This document shows, piece by piece, positions 13,001-26,317 of a stretch of DNA of 64,000 nucleotides. The translations under genes were made by a program, and so were the position numbers. The first letter of the stretch is position 1. Every line of letters starts with the position of its first letter. Source of the stretch: Diplonema japonicum (lineage: Eukaryota; Protista; Euglenozoa: Diplonemea); the NCBI GenBank assembly GCA_964019335.1, contig OZ025720.1:372001-436000 (forward strand), given 5' to 3'. The notes under the pieces were generated by a model. The model was given only the letters and a program-made list of their open reading frames with translations, did no database searches and was not told the DNA's origin.

Positions 13001-13744
13001 TCATTCATGGAGGATGGTTTCAACCAATTTAACAATTTCTTCCACTGTCTGAGGAGTTCGCTCATATTGTTCGCCCTGCGATGAGTTCTCCTCCTCCTCC
13101 TCCTCCTCTTCTTCCTCTTCCACTGTTTCAGCCGGGGAGGCAGGTCCAAACTTCTTTTCGTATTGCTCCAGAACCTGCGCCACCTCGGGCCTAGTAGCTT
13201 TGTTGGTCTTAAACATGGAAGTCCCGAACCTGTCCACACGCTGCTTAAGGCCTTCTTTACGAGAATGAAGGTGGATTTTTGTGCAAGCATTGCCCAGCGG
13301 GCAGCTGCCTTCAGTGTTGAAGAGGTCGCACCTCAGGGAGTCCCACACACTGTCGACGGGGGCGCGCCACTGAGACTGGCATTCTCTGCACCTTAGTGTC
13401 ATCAGCTTGTTGCTTTTGCCGACCCTTACATTGTCCCAAGAATTGTGCTCACAGCATGGCTTGGAGGCTTTACCCTGTTGTTGCTGTTGCTGTTGAGCGT
13501 CGCTGGACTTTGGTGATTTTGTGGTGGTGGGAGCTGTGTTCAGCGATTTCGCCTTCCTCCCCTTGAACCCGGGCTGCTGCTGCTGCACAGGCATCACAGC
13601 AGGCACCACACAGTACACAACCTGCTGGCGCTGCTCGGCCATGAGGTACGGGGCGAGCATGTTCATCCCCGGCATTCCAGGAAAAGGAAACTGCATTTGT
13701 TGAAGCTGCACCTGCGGTACTTGGGGGTAACAGAACTTACTCAT
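13001..13744 (-). CDS. Zinc-finger protein (C-x-H-NSWDNVR...CxxC module plus CCCH), probable RNA-binding
   Basis: 247-aa ORF with Q/M/P-rich N-terminus, CCEHNSWDNVRV...LRCRECQ and C-x7-C-x5-C-x3-H (CDLFNTEGSCPLGNACTKIH), acidic tail. Paralogue at 27288..28025. Confidence 0.85.
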   Translation of the reverse strand: MSKFCYPQVPQVQLQQMQFPFPGMPGMNMLAPYLMAEQRQQVVYCVVPAVMPVQQQQPGFKGRKAKSLNTAPTTTKSPKSSDAQQQQQQQGKASKPCCEHNSWDNVRVGKSNKLMTLRCRECQSQWRAPVDSVWDSLRCDLFNTEGSCPLGNACTKIHLHSRKEGLKQRVDRFGTSMFKTNKATRPEVAQVLEQYEKKFGPASPAETVEEEEEEEEEEENSSQGEQYERTPQTVEEIVKLVETILHE

Positions 13745-15671
13745 TTTCTTTTTTTTTCTTTTTTTTTTTGTTGTCCAACCCGCTTTCTCTTTATTGTTTT
13801 GATGAGTTTCCCCCCCCCCCTTTTTTTTCCCTATAACGGAAACAAAATAGAAAAGAAAAAAAATGGGGGGAGAAGAAGGGTGGGGGGGCGTGAATCAATA
13901 AGGGTGGGGGGGGGGGGGGGGGGGCAACAAGGATGGATAAAAGAAATTGGAGAAAGGAAACCGGTACAAACGGGAGAAAGTTAGCAAAAAAAAAGGGGGG
14001 GAGGGGGAATGTGGGGGGAGGGAGATAATGTAAATTGACTGAACCGATCGGTTTTTTTTTTTTAATTAATATTTTTTTTTTTTAAATTATATTCCTCCCA
14101 GGGGAGGAAAGGAAAGGAAAGAGGAATAATAATAATAATAAAAAAACTTACCGTATTTGTACTAATATGGAACGGGGAAAAGTCCCAAGTCCGAAAAGAA
14201 ATTTCGCCGTTTTGTTTTAGTTAATTCTCGGGCCCATAACCTAAAGAGGCGAAATAAAAGAAAAAAATAAAAAATATAAAATTCCTATTTCCCTCGGGAA
14301 AGGTTTCATACTTTTATTCTATTTTTTTTGTCGCTAACGTGTTCCGTTCCATATTTGTTTTTTTCATTCCACATTAAGTCCAAATCCGGTTTAAAAAAAA
14401 AAAAAAAAAAAAGAGAGAGAGAGAGAGAGAGATGGAAAGAGGAGAGGAAACAAAGGAAACAAACTCCCTCAAATTTCAAAAGTCTGCTTTTTATTAAAGC
14501 AAAAAAAAAAAAAAAAAATTGAGTTTAAAGGATGTCTTTGTGAGACGCCCCTTTAAAAAAAAAAAAAAAAAAAAGAGAATTGCTCGAGGCTCCTGACTGG
14601 AGCTGTTGGCACTCATATTTCTCAGGGAGTGCCTTTGTTTCCTTTCTCCCCTGTAAAAAGAAAAAAAAAATTAAAAAAAAAGAAAACGAAGGTCCCTTTA
14701 GAAAAAAATGGGGGGTGTGACGCTTCATATCTCTAAAAACCCGTTATTGACATCGTGCCTGACAGGTGTTAAGTGCCAACAGTAACTGATGCACACCGCG
14801 ACCTATATCCGGGGGGGGTCCAAATTGTGCAATTTTGATCCTGGGTGGGGTAAAAACGAGCAGTATGCATCTGGAAGAAGATGGCAGCAAAAACCAATTG
14901 GTGTACATCAGGTTTTTAAAAAGAAATGCCCAACGAAGTTAGTGTCATAGGACTTTGCTCAACGGGGCAGTAATAATAATGATTTTACGCTTCGCTCACT
15001 AGTTTAAGATTAATTCTCAAAATATTTTTTTAAAAAAAAAAGGGGGGGAGGGGAGAGAAGACCTACGTGTAGGAACACCTCAAAAGGAAGGGGGGGGGGC
15101 CCTCAAATTAATAAAAAAGAAATTAAAAAAAAAAAACAAAAAAGAAATACAGAATAATTCTGCCAGCATATTTCCTTTACAGCTCCGACGTAACGAACGA
15201 AAAGAAAATGGGGGAATGTTGCAAAAAAAGAAAGGGGTGCGGGGGATACAGCAAATAGCAGACAAGAATCATTCTTCTAATTGTGAAAAAAAAAAGTAAG
15301 TGGGCTGGTGAATAATTTCATATAAAAAAAATAATGCAATTTGGGGGTGGGTGATGGTGAATGTTTTTTTTTTGAAGTTGACAACAGCGACCCCCCCCCC
15401 CCCCCCCCCCCTCTTTCCTCTCCCAATGCAGGGGAGGCAACTAATAAGCTCGACTCGCTTAAACAAGAGGATTCTAGCAGTTGCAGTGAGTAGAAAAAAA
15501 AAAAAAAAAAAAGAAACATAGCTATTAAAAGTATGGCTACCCTTCATGCACGAAATGATTTTAAAATGGCCTTGTTTGCAGGCACATCTTCAGGCTAACC
15601 GGTGGAGGGAGGGGGAGGGAGACCCAAAAATTCAAACTTGAGGTCAAACTGCTGGGCCGAGGGGAGGGGTG

Positions 15672-15705
<34 letters not shown>

Positions 15706-15709
<4 letters not shown>

Positions 15710-16279
15710 TTCACTCTTCGTCATTTTCTTCACTCACTAGGGGCCTCATTATTTAACGCGAAATGGCCATTATTTAACGCGAAACGGCCATTATTTAACG
15801 CGAAATCGCCATTATTTAACTAGTTAAATAATGAGATTTTGCAGTTAAATAATGGCCCTTCAGAGTGAAAAAATGGGTCTTGTCGTGGAAAAAAATGCAC
15901 CCAACCCCTTGAAAAATTTTTTTGGGGTGGGGGTATTTTGACTATTTTTGGCCATCTGAGGCCATTCCAGCCCTTAAAAGTGGGAATAAGTGCCTTACTT
16001 CCCCTTTAAATGCCACGGCGAAATAGCTACCCTGTATTACCTTAGGAAAATCCCCAAAAAGCTGACCTGCGTGAAAAAAAACAGCAGTGAAAGCAGTGAA
16101 GAGTGAGTGACTCAAATGACGAAAAGTGAAATAAAACGACTTACTTGCCGCCAAATGAGCCATTATTTAACACTCGTTACCCGTTTTTTTGCACTCGGGC
16201 CCTGCGGGCCCTCGTGCAAAAAATTCGGGAACTCGAGTTAAATAATGACTCATTATTTGTTGGCAATAAATAGTTATTT
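15706..16279 (+). mobile_element. Non-autonomous hairpin-ended element, subfamily 1, copy B
   Basis: Matches copy A except for one extra 21-bp internal tandem unit and about one substitution; different flanks, also in poly(T). Confidence 0.85.
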
Positions 16280-16297
16280 TTTTTTTTTTTTCCTGTC

Positions 16298-16462
16298 TAT
16301 TTCACCCTTCTGAAAATAACTTCACGCCCTGAGGAACTTATTACTTCGGTTTGTGAAGAGGCCCAACTGACCTTCAAGACCTCTTTACCGTGTAATTTAC
16401 ACCTCACCGACAAGGATGAAGCTAGAACGGACTGTCGTGAAACAGCTTACACAACTTACCCC
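16298..16462 (+). mobile_element. Degenerate subfamily-2 copy of the hairpin-ended element
   Basis: TATTTCACCCTTCTGAAAATAACTTCACGCCCTG resembles the 5' end of copy C (TATTTCACTCCTCAGAAATTACTTCACGCACTG). TGTCGTGAAA...CAACTTACC resembles its subterminal region. Confidence 0.55.
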
Positions 16463-17190
16463 CCTAAAGTAAGGTTCATTACCTTTTTTTGTTGTTGTTG
16501 TTGTTGTTGCTGTTGTTGGAGTAAATAGCATATATTGTTATTTTTTTTTTTTTTTTTAAAAGAAAGAAACAGAAATTTATTCGAGGGGAATTTATCCCTG
16601 AGGTTTTCTGGATGCCTACGAGGGGGGGGGGGGGGGGGGGGGGTTTCTTAATTTCAAAAAAAAAAGGGGGAAACTTAAATGAAAATGCCGCGGTAACACG
16701 GTAACGATGCCGCCAAACGATTAGCTTTTTGTTTAGTACTGACAAATATACTATTGTTAATACCAAAAAAAAAAAAAAAATAATAATAATAATAATAATA
16801 ATTTCTTAACTAAAACGGTGGCTTTTTTTTTTTTTTTTTTTAAAATAAAAATATTCGGGCTACCTACAAAATAGCACAAAATTCAGGTCGGCCTTACAGC
16901 TGGTAACTGAAAAGACGTACGTGGTTTGGCAAGGTTTGCCTTTAAAAAAAAAGGGGGGGGGGAATAGCAATTTTTATCCACGGTGAAAAAAGAGGGAAGA
17001 AAAAAAAAAAAGAAAAAAGGCGCGCATTAAGTGGGTTTTACTCTCCATAAAGTAAAAGTATTGAAAGCAGGCGTGAAAAGGGCTTTTTTTTTCTCCTCCC
17101 CCCCTTCTGCATAGTTTGAAACCTGCAGGAGAGGTTTATAACCCAAACCATGCTGCAGCCGAGGGGAAAATAACTATGTAACGAAATTAA

Positions 17191-17227
<37 letters not shown>

Positions 17228-18540
17228 AGGAGGGAAATTTTTTCGCTCCAAAGCTCATGCTGGAGTTATTCTTTTTTATATTTCAAAAAAAAAAAAAAAA
17301 AAAAAAAAAGGAACGAAGAAAAAAAAAAAAAAAAACGAGATTCGTGACAAATAAAAAAGTGGACATGATCGAGGCTTAATCCTCATCACCAAGCATCCTA
17401 CTTTTCTCCCCCCCCCCTCTTCCTTTTCTTCTTCCTTTCCCCCCCCCCCCCCCTTTCCCCTCTCCCCCTCCTCCTCAACAAAATAACGGGATAGAATTAT
17501 TACTTTTTTTTCCCGTCAGGTTTTCTTAATAAAACCTCACGGGGAAAAAAAAAAGGGGGCAGGCCTGGAGATGAAAGGGGTTTCGAAAAACAAAAAAAAA
17601 AACAAAAAAAGAGAGAGGGAAAAAAAAAAAAAAAAAAAAAACTCAATTTCTTTTTTTAAAACATCCCGAGAATGCGGCACTAGAAGGGCTAAAAAAAAAA
17701 AAAAAAAAAAAAACGAGAAAAAAAAAACAAAAAAGATAAGAAAGGATAAAGGAAAAGGTTTCTTTCTTCTTCCTCCAATCTTCCATAGATGATTCGGTGG
17801 CTTAAAAAGAGAGGCAGGGGAGGGGGAGTAAAAAAGAGGAACAAGAACAAAGAGGGGGTAAATTGTTTCTCCCCCCTCTATTTTTTCTTCTTCCTATTTC
17901 ACACTTTGTTCCTTAAGTTTTTTCCCTTTCATTATTTTCCCCCCACCTCATTATTCTTTTGGCCTTAACAAATCACAGGAAGAAGAAGAAGAAAATAAAA
18001 GAAGACAAAACCGCAAAATAAAATTACAATATGAGCCTGTCCGGGAAAAAAAAAAGGAAAAAAAAAAGGATCTTCCTAGATATATCCTGGGTTGCGCACT
18101 CAGGGCACCATTTTACTGCACCTTAAGCTCTAAAAATGCATTTTAAACATCTCCGCTCTCTGTTTATTTTATTTTATTTATTTTTTTTTTTTTTTTTTTT
18201 TTTTTCGTTTACCGGGACCAAAACAGTTGCAAAGAAGAAGAAAAAGGGAAAATCTTTTTTAATCCGGATGCGCTCATATTATTTAAAGAGAATTTTTTTT
18301 AAAAAAAATTCTAATCTTATTCTTCTCAAGTTTCCGCCATTTTTCTTCAATACAGCCCCAGCACATGAAGGTATTATAGCTGGAGCAAAGTGAGATTGTG
18401 GCGGCTGTGGTAATTACATCGCAGAGTCAAGGCGAGTGTTGTAATGTTTAACGAGAAGAAGAAGAGGAAAAAAAAAAAAAAAAAACAAGGGAATGAAAAA
18501 AAAAAAAGAAAACATACCACGGGGCGTGTATATGACTCAG

Positions 18541-18588
<48 letters not shown>

Positions 18589-19005
18589 CGATACAAATAT
18601 GGAAAAAAAAAATGAAGAAATCATTTTTTTTTTGTTATTTGCCACCTTTTTTTTTTCTTCTTTTTTTTTTTCTAAATGATAACAACAAGGTTCCCCCCCC
18701 CAATAAAATTATATTTTGCTCTTATTACTTCCTTTTATTTTTGCTTGTTTCATATGCCTTATATTGACAGGAACGAACTCAGAGACTTTACAGGGCATGA
18801 GGTAATCCTCCCTCCCTTCTAAGCTCTTATGAAGCACTAGCGTGCCTACCAAACGATCCCACCTTCTTTTTTTATTTTTATTTATTTTTTTTTCTCTCTT
18901 CTAAAAAAAGAACATTGAGGCCATGTGCCCATGTAGCGGGTCGGTAGAACAATTGTTATTTATTTATGAAAAATCAGATTACCAGATTTTCACTTTGTGG
19001 GGATA

Positions 19006-19042
<37 letters not shown>

Positions 19043-19354
19043 GAGTTAAAAAAAAAAAGTCCCCACAAAGCTAAATCTGGTAATCTGATTTTTTTTTTTT
19101 TTTTTTTTTTTTTTGTTACATTTTTTTTTTTTATTTACTGACAAATCTGCTTTCGACTTGAATTTTTTTTTTACATTTTTTTAAAAAATTGTTATATTGA
19201 TTGTGATGCCCAAAGCAAATCTAGACCTGAGGCCAGCTTTGGAGCATATCATAGTATCCTCCATTCGAAGTTCTCTTCCCATATGGTGATATGCTGGAGT
19301 CCGGCAAGGGCACCGCCACCCTGAGCCAAAATTTCAAGAGAAAGCAGCTTGGAA

Positions 19355-19394
<40 letters not shown>

Positions 19395-19715
19395 GATTAG
19401 GGTTCGCGAAGCGGTTTCAAAAAGAATAGAATTCTGCTTGTTCAGCTGGAAGTCATTAGGAAGTGGAAAAAATATGAAATATGTGGCTGTGACCCCCTTC
19501 GTTAACCTGTTAAGCCTTCTAACAGAGGTAGGGGTTAAGGTAGGTGGGAATACTAAAAAGCCCTTTATTTTAAATTAAAAAAAAAAAAAGAGATGAGATA
19601 AAGGAGGTTCCTGTTTTGGAACGTCCCCCTTGTCTCTACTTAAAAAAAGTGCAAGCAACAGCTTTAGAGTTCAAACCTTTCTAAGGGATGAAATAAAAAT
19701 ATATGAGCTAAAGGA

Positions 19716-20022
19716 GGCCGGTGTTGGCGGCGCTGCACAAGAACTGTCTACTTGATTACAGGGGGCGCGCCGCGGCCGAGTTGTAGCTTCTTCTGCGTTC
19801 CGCGTCGTGTCCTTAATGCGTGCGGTGTACAGCTCAACCCCAGCCGGTGCGTCCCGGGTAACCAAGATTCTGCGCTCGTGCAGTTTGCTGCCTGTTCGTC
19901 ACCCTGAGCATCTGCGTTACGTTCTTCCACTCGGGCGCTACCGGTGATGACCGACGAGGAGGTCAACAGCGAACAACACATCTGATGTTTTTCTTATATT
20001 TTCATGTTATCCCCACCACCTT
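19716..20022 (+). repeat. Dispersed ~300-bp GC-rich repeat, copy 1
   Basis: Shares TACTTGATTACAGGGG with 21478, 30481 (minus) and 48738; shares GCGCTCGTGCAGTTTG and CTACCGGTGATGAC..GGAGGTCAACAG with 21478 and 48738. Confidence 0.8.
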
Positions 20023-20683
20023 TTTAAAAATCACTTTATTACCACCAAAAAAAAATTGAGTTATTTCTAGGGCGGAGCTCGTGCAGGAAAAAAAAAGATT
20101 CAGAAAGCTCTGGAAAACTTTCATTTGCTTTTTTTTCTTTTTTTTTTTTTTCCCGGCAGTTCTTTTTTTTTTTCCCCGGCAATTACTCTTTTTTTTTTTC
20201 CCTATAATGTAGTTGCTTTCCCTTGCAAAAAAAAGAAGGGGGGAGGGGAGAGAGAAAAAAATAAAAGAAAATAACTGTTAACTACCAACCGTGCGTTATT
20301 GGTTAGTCCAGCATGGGAGGGGAGGAGAAAGAAAAAAAATATACCAAAAAATAAACCAGCAGTGAAAGAAGAAGAAGAAAAAAAAAACATAAAGGTGGGA
20401 GGGGAATGGGGAAAAGGGCTTAGAAGAGGGGAGGCGAAGGAACAGGGAGGGGGGGGACTGGATAAATTGCAGGAAAGTACCGTTCCATAACTCTAAAACC
20501 TGTTAAAGCAAAGTCCTAAGAAAAGAAAAGGAAAAAAAAAAAAAAAAAAAAGAAAAAAAAAACAGGCCCAACTTTTCATTATTCTGAGTTCAGGCATTTT
20601 TTTTTTTTTTTCTCGGTTAGGACGGGTCAAGAACGAGTTTCAGAGATATGTTACATAAAAAAAAATATTAAAAAAAAGAAAGA

Positions 20684-20715
<32 letters not shown>

Positions 20716-21477
20716 CAGAGAGGTGAGAGTACATGAATGAGTTAAAAAAAAAGAAAGACGGGGAAATAGGCCAACAGCCCGTTACCTTTCCCCCCCCTCC
20801 TTTTTTTTCCCCTTTCTTTTTTCCCTGTTTCTTCCTCAAATTAAAAGAAAGAAGAAAAAAAAAGAAAGAAGAAAGAAACTACATAACATGTTTTAAAAGA
20901 AAATCAGAAAAATCTTGACCTCTCTATTTTACCCCCCCCCCCCCCCTTTCTCTCTCCATTTCAAACCGCAGCTCGGTCACGGGCAAAGGTTTCTAGGGAT
21001 GAAGAATGAAGAGAAAAAAATACAGGAAGAAAACTTGTTCTGGAGAAAGAAACAAGTTTCCCTTAAGATCTTTTTTTTTTTTTTTTTTTTTTTTCAAAAT
21101 ACGATGAATTCAAGGGTTGCATTTTTTTTTCCTTCCTTTTCTTCCTCTCTCTTTTTTTTCTTCCTCTTTTTTTTTTTTTTTTTTTTCAAACTGCAGTGGA
21201 GTTTAGTGAGTAAAAAGTAGCGCGATTTTTTTATTTTTATTTTCTTCGTTCGTTAAAAAAAGAGGATGGGGTTAAGGGACAGAAGGGGAGGGGGGGGGGG
21301 GGGGGGATTTCATTTTTTTCTTGCAATTCCCCCTCTTTTTTTTTCTTTCTTTTCCTGGTCTTTTATTTGCACCCCCCCCCCCTTCTCTTTTTTAAAAGAT
21401 TCAAATACAATTTGAGCAAAAGAAAAAAAAAGAAATGATAAAAAAAAAAAAAAAAATGGGGCTTTGATTGCAACACT

Positions 21478-21722
21478 AGGTGGCGTTAAGCGTGCAATGA
21501 AGCACGAACTGCCTACTTGATTACAGGGGGCGCTCCTCGGCCGCGGTGTGCTCAACCCTAGCCGGGGCGTCCCAGGTAACCAAGATTCTGCGCTCGTGCA
21601 GTTTGCTGCCTGTTCGTCACCACTCTTCCACTCGGGCGCTACCGGTGATGACCGACGAGGAGGTCAACAGCGAACAACACATCTGATGTACTTCTTATAT
21701 TTCCATGTTATCCCCACCACCT
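21478..21722 (+). repeat. Dispersed GC-rich repeat, copy 2
   Basis: High identity to copy 1 with two internal deletions; same 3' end TTATCCCCACCACCTT followed by an A-run. Confidence 0.8.
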
Positions 21723-23410
21723 TAAAAAAACCCCCTCACTGTTACATACATTTAAAGAAAATCACACTTAAGGAAAATTCAGACTTTTTGAACTAAAAGG
21801 CACTACAAAAAAAAAGGAGTGGGTGGTAACTTGTCCCCCCCCCGGGGGGGGGGGGGGGGGCATTTAAACCTGAGAAAAAGGGGTTTTAATTCTTTCGATT
21901 CTTTCTTTTCTTAATGGTGAATTAAAGAAAGAGAGACGGGAGGGGAAAGGGGGGGGGGGGGGGGAGAGAGGCACTTAAAAGATCCAGGAAATAGTTGTCA
22001 AGAAAAAAAAAAGAGAAGAAGGAAAAAAAAAAACAATCACATAACGTATACGAATAGCAGAGGGGAGAGGTGGAGAAAAAAAATGGACTGTGAGGAGCAG
22101 GAATAGATTAACTAGCGTGTTTGTGTGTGTGAACAAGGGGGGGGGGGGGGGGGGGATAGGTTAGCAGTGCTCTGATTTTCGTGGCTAAAAGAAGGTGTCT
22201 TCTTGCCCGTGTAATCCTAAAGCCTACAGATGGGGGAAGAAAAATATTTTCCTCCCTGTTTTGTCAAGGAGGAACCGTGTTCAAAAGAGAGAATATTGCA
22301 ATTTCAAGTTTCAAAAAAAAAAAAAAAAAAAAAAGGAAGAAGCTTTAACAGAAACCGCGTCGCAAGTGCTAAATGGAAATAACACTTTTCCTTTTAAAAA
22401 AAGGGGGGGGAGAAAAGAAAAAAATTGCAATTAAACATCTTCCTCCTTGTGTTTTTTTTTCTTTTTTTTTTTCCTCTTTTTTTTCTTTTTTTTTTTTTCC
22501 ACCTGTCGGTTTAAAAATCATGAACCGTTTCATAGCTCTGTGTCTTCCCACATTTTACTTTTTTTTTTTTCATATTCCTTTTAACTTTTCCATCCCCCCC
22601 TCCCGAGTGGTAATTATTCAATTACCCCAGCCACGGGACGGGAAAAAGAAAAGGGGAAACAAGCGTAAAAAGGTTTTTTTTTTTTTCCCCTATTTTTTTT
22701 TAAAAAAAAATTTTTTAATAAAAAAAGAAATAAAAGTGGGGAGTAAAGAAAGAGCGTGAAGAGGCTGCTTAAGAACACACAAAGGGAGAGGGGAAAAAAA
22801 AGGGAGGGGGAATGGAAATGTGATGAAAGTAAAAAGTATAAAAAAGATTACAAAAGGGTAATCCCAGGGCTCACGGGAGGCTAAGATTGTCATTCGGCAG
22901 GCGGTTTACTTACCCTGGACCCCTCTCACCCTTATCTAGAACTACCTTGAGTAAAAAAGAGGGGGGGTGGGGGCGTTGTTTTTGGTTCGTGTGTATTCTT
23001 GTTTTTTTTTAAAGTGCTTGCGACGAAGAAGTATATATTTTATTGTTTCTAAAAAAAAGAGGGGGGGGGAAGGGGGTTTATATATATATATGAGCTCTTC
23101 CCTGAAAAAAAAATGTCAACAAATGACCCTCCGTTTAATTTCTAAGTAGAAAAGTAGCCCGACAGCAGAAATGCAGTCTAAGCTTGATTTTATTTTTTTT
23201 TTTAAACGCGAAGTTTTTTTTTTTCGATGGACGCAGATTGAAAACGCAATTGCATTTTAAACATTTTTCGCCGTTTTTCTGACCTCGTGGCAAAAACAAG
23301 CATCGCAATTGAAAGAACGGCAACAGGTAAAAACACCATGTATGTCATCTTCCTATGGTTGCATGCTGCCCCTTTTTTTTTTACTCAAATAAAAAAGATT
23401 TTGCAACTGC

Positions 23411-23446
<36 letters not shown>

Positions 23447-23980
23447 GTTGATATTTTAATCCGGACGAGCTTATATATAAAGGGGAAGCAATGAAAAAGA
23501 AATCAAAATTTCGGCAGAAATAGTGATACTGATTGCTTTTTTCTTCTTCTTCTTTTTTTTTTTTTTTTTTTCTTTTTCTTTTTCTTCTTCTTTTTTTTTT
23601 TTTCCTCCTTTACTACGTGATGGAGAGTGCCCACCTTAAGAGAAACTTCATGAGATAGTGGCAATATTTTTTTTTTCTTTTTTAAATTTATGTTTAATTT
23701 TAAACTTCCCCACCAATTATCACTCTATGGTCAAATTATGTGACAATCGCTGCTGTCCTGCATCTGCTTCAACACAGAAGCTTTTTTTTTTTTTTTTTTT
23801 TTTTCCCCCTCGTTGCCGCGAGGGTACACAAATATAGAACGAAAAAATATTTGGTACGAATAAAATTATAACCTTTTTTTAAGCTTAAAAACTTCATATC
23901 CAGGAAGTTTTTTTTTTTCGTCCCATATTAGGTACATACTAGCATAACTAGACCAAAATTTAAAAAAAAAAAAAAATGTA

Positions 23981-24847
23981 CTGTAAAACAAAAATCCACC
24001 GGCCACCGGAAGATAAAATATCCGGACCGCACCCACCGAGCCCATCTTGCTCATCCTAGATGACTACAATGGCCACACTACGGATGATTTGTGAACTTGT
24101 TTTTAGAAACAAACGTTCACTTAGCTTTTGTCCCTCCAGGCCTCACCTATTTGTGCCAGCCCTGGACATAGGACTGAACGCCTCAATGAAGGCGACAATC
24201 AAGACCAAGTATAAAAAGTGGTCTATAAGGAGGCTGGACAAGTATGTGGAAGAAGGGAACCGTCAGGAAGGGTGGACGGTACCAAATACAAGTGAGATGA
24301 ATGGACACATCTGAGGTATTTTTTTAAAAGTAAACTAAAGTAATTCAACTTTCCCTCTTTTTTTCTGCCAGGTGGGTTGAAGCAGCATGGGAGCATGTCA
24401 GCAGGCAATCTATCCAGGCAAGCTGGGCCCATTGTTTTGGGCGCTTTTTTAGAGCCCTGGTGGAGTCCTGCTTGGGGGAATTCTCTTTGCAGCAGCGTAC
24501 TGTGGTGTGCTTGCCGTTGCAGCGACGTGCTGCGGAGATGAAGAGTGGGAAGACCAGCAAAGCTTGCTAGGCAGCTGGAAGGGGCTAGAGAAGAGTCCGG
24601 CGTCTGGAATGTGTTTAGGGGGCTCGGAAAATGAGAAATAAAAAGCACAAGAACAACCCTAAAGCAAGCACAAGGAGTGGTTCGGTTCGACAAGTTTGCG
24701 GAAGAAGCGAACAATCAGGATCTGAGGTGTCTTTTAGTTCTTAGAAAAGTTCGCTTCCCGGGAAAAAAAAATGTCCGGAAGAAAAAATATCTTCCGGACA
24801 ATTCTTCTTCCGGACATTTTATCTTCCGGTGATTTTTTGTTTTACAG
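23981..24847 (+). mobile_element. Decayed pogo/Tigger-type (Tc1-mariner superfamily) DNA transposon
   Basis: TIRs CTGTAAAACAAAAA..CACCGGAAGATAAAAT.TCCGGA at both ends, flanked by TA (23979-80, 24848-49). Internal DDE_1 transposase remnants. Confidence 0.85.
24041..24445 (+). pseudogene. DDE_1 (pogo-like) transposase fragment with stops, frameshifts and one intron
   Basis: PILLILDDYNGH*, NVHLAFVPPGLTYLCQP/LDIGLNASMKATIKTKYKKW, then GT-AG intron 24316..24371 and RWVEAAWEHVSRQSIQASWAHCFG. Confidence 0.8.
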
Positions 24848-25092
24848 TAAATAAAATGTTGCTTTTTCACCCACTTTTTTTTTAATAGTTCGAGGCATCT
24901 CATGAAGAAAAAAAAAAAAGAAAAAAAAAGAATGGAGAGAGGGAAAAAAAAAAGAAGAAAAAAAAGAACTTCCGTTCTATTAGAAATTCTTATTTTATTT
25001 TTTTTTTTTTTTAAATCTCCAACAGAAAAAAAAAAGGAGAGAAAAAAGGGAGCGGGGTGGTGAGGGATATGGAAGAAGGCGTGAATTGCGAA

Positions 25093-25132
<40 letters not shown>

Positions 25133-25714
25133 AGTTTTGACACGAATAAAAAAAAAAAAAAAAGGAAGCGGTTAGTCTGCTTTGTTTTTTCTTTCCTCCC
25201 TCCTCTAATGTTGGGTGCCCTCAGGGATTTATTACATTTTGGAGCACAGGCTGGAATACTCTTTCTACGGAAAACTTTAAAAAAAAAGGGAGTTATAACC
25301 ATGGGCTAACCAGCGCTACCATTTGAGAGGCCCCGTTGAAAGTGGCATATTTCTTGTTTGCTTTTTTTTTTTTTTTTTCTTTTTTCTTCTACCAATAGGG
25401 TCCTCCTTCGCTATTTCTCCTTTCCCTTGCTCTTTCTTTCTTATTTTTTTTCTCTCTCGTTATCTCGTACTACTTTAATATGAAAGAGGGGTAGGGGGAA
25501 GGGGACCTCTTGATTTCTAAAACGTAAGTTTATTTCCTTTTTTTTTTCTTTCACCTTTGCTCTTGTTTAGTTTTTTTTTTCTTTTTTCCTTTTCATTTTT
25601 TTTCTTTCCCTCCTCTTTTTCTCTTTTTATCTTACTTTTTTTTTCTTTTCTTTTTCTTACAACACGCTCCAATATCTACTGTTATGTTGGCAATGGAGGT
25701 GGATTTATGTAAGT

Positions 25715-25725
<11 letters not shown>

Positions 25726-25749
<24 letters not shown>

Positions 25750-25865
25750 GAAAAGAAAAGAAAAGAAAAGAAAAGAAAAGAAAAGAAAAGAAAAGAAAAG
25801 AAAAGAAAAGAAAAGAAAAGAAAAGAAAAGAAAAGAAAAGAAAAGAAAAGAAAAGAAAAGAAAAG
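25726..25865. repeat. (AAAAG)n microsatellite, about 28 units
   Basis: Perfect pentamer array read directly from the sequence. Confidence 0.95.
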
Positions 25866-26317
25866 AAAGAAAAGAGGGGGGAGAAAAAAAAAGGAAGAAA
25901 CCAAAAAAAAAAAAAAAAAAAAAAAAAAAACAACAAAAGGAACAAAGGAAAAGAACGAAAAGGTGTTTTTTTGTTTTGTTTTTTTTTTCTTTTTTTTCCC
26001 TTCTACTGGTTGTATGTATCAAGTTGTAGGCAGTTTTTTTTCCCCTAAAAAAAAGCACAAAAAAAATCAAAAGAAACAAAAACTCATGAGAAATAGGGCG
26101 TAAAAAAAAAAAGGGAGGGAAAAGAAGGAAAAGGGAAACAGAAGACGGGAGAAAACAAATACAGAAGACAAAAAAAGAAAAGAGAAGGATTACCAGATAA
26201 CAGCAACTATGAGCAAGTAGGGGAGGGAAGGGAAACCCATAATAAAGTGTCGGCTCGTTGCTCATTGTATTACTCTTTAGCAATAACAATTCATTTGTTT
26301 TAGTATTTCCTTTTTAA

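Noticed and set aside
19200-19330. Possible box C/D snoRNA (GTGATG...CTGA)
   Set aside because: C box imperfect, no terminal stem or identifiable rRNA guide.
25660-25715. Plus-strand micro-exon ending at GTAAGT before the AAAAG array
   Set aside because: No partner exons or protein similarity, and opposite to the gene cluster.
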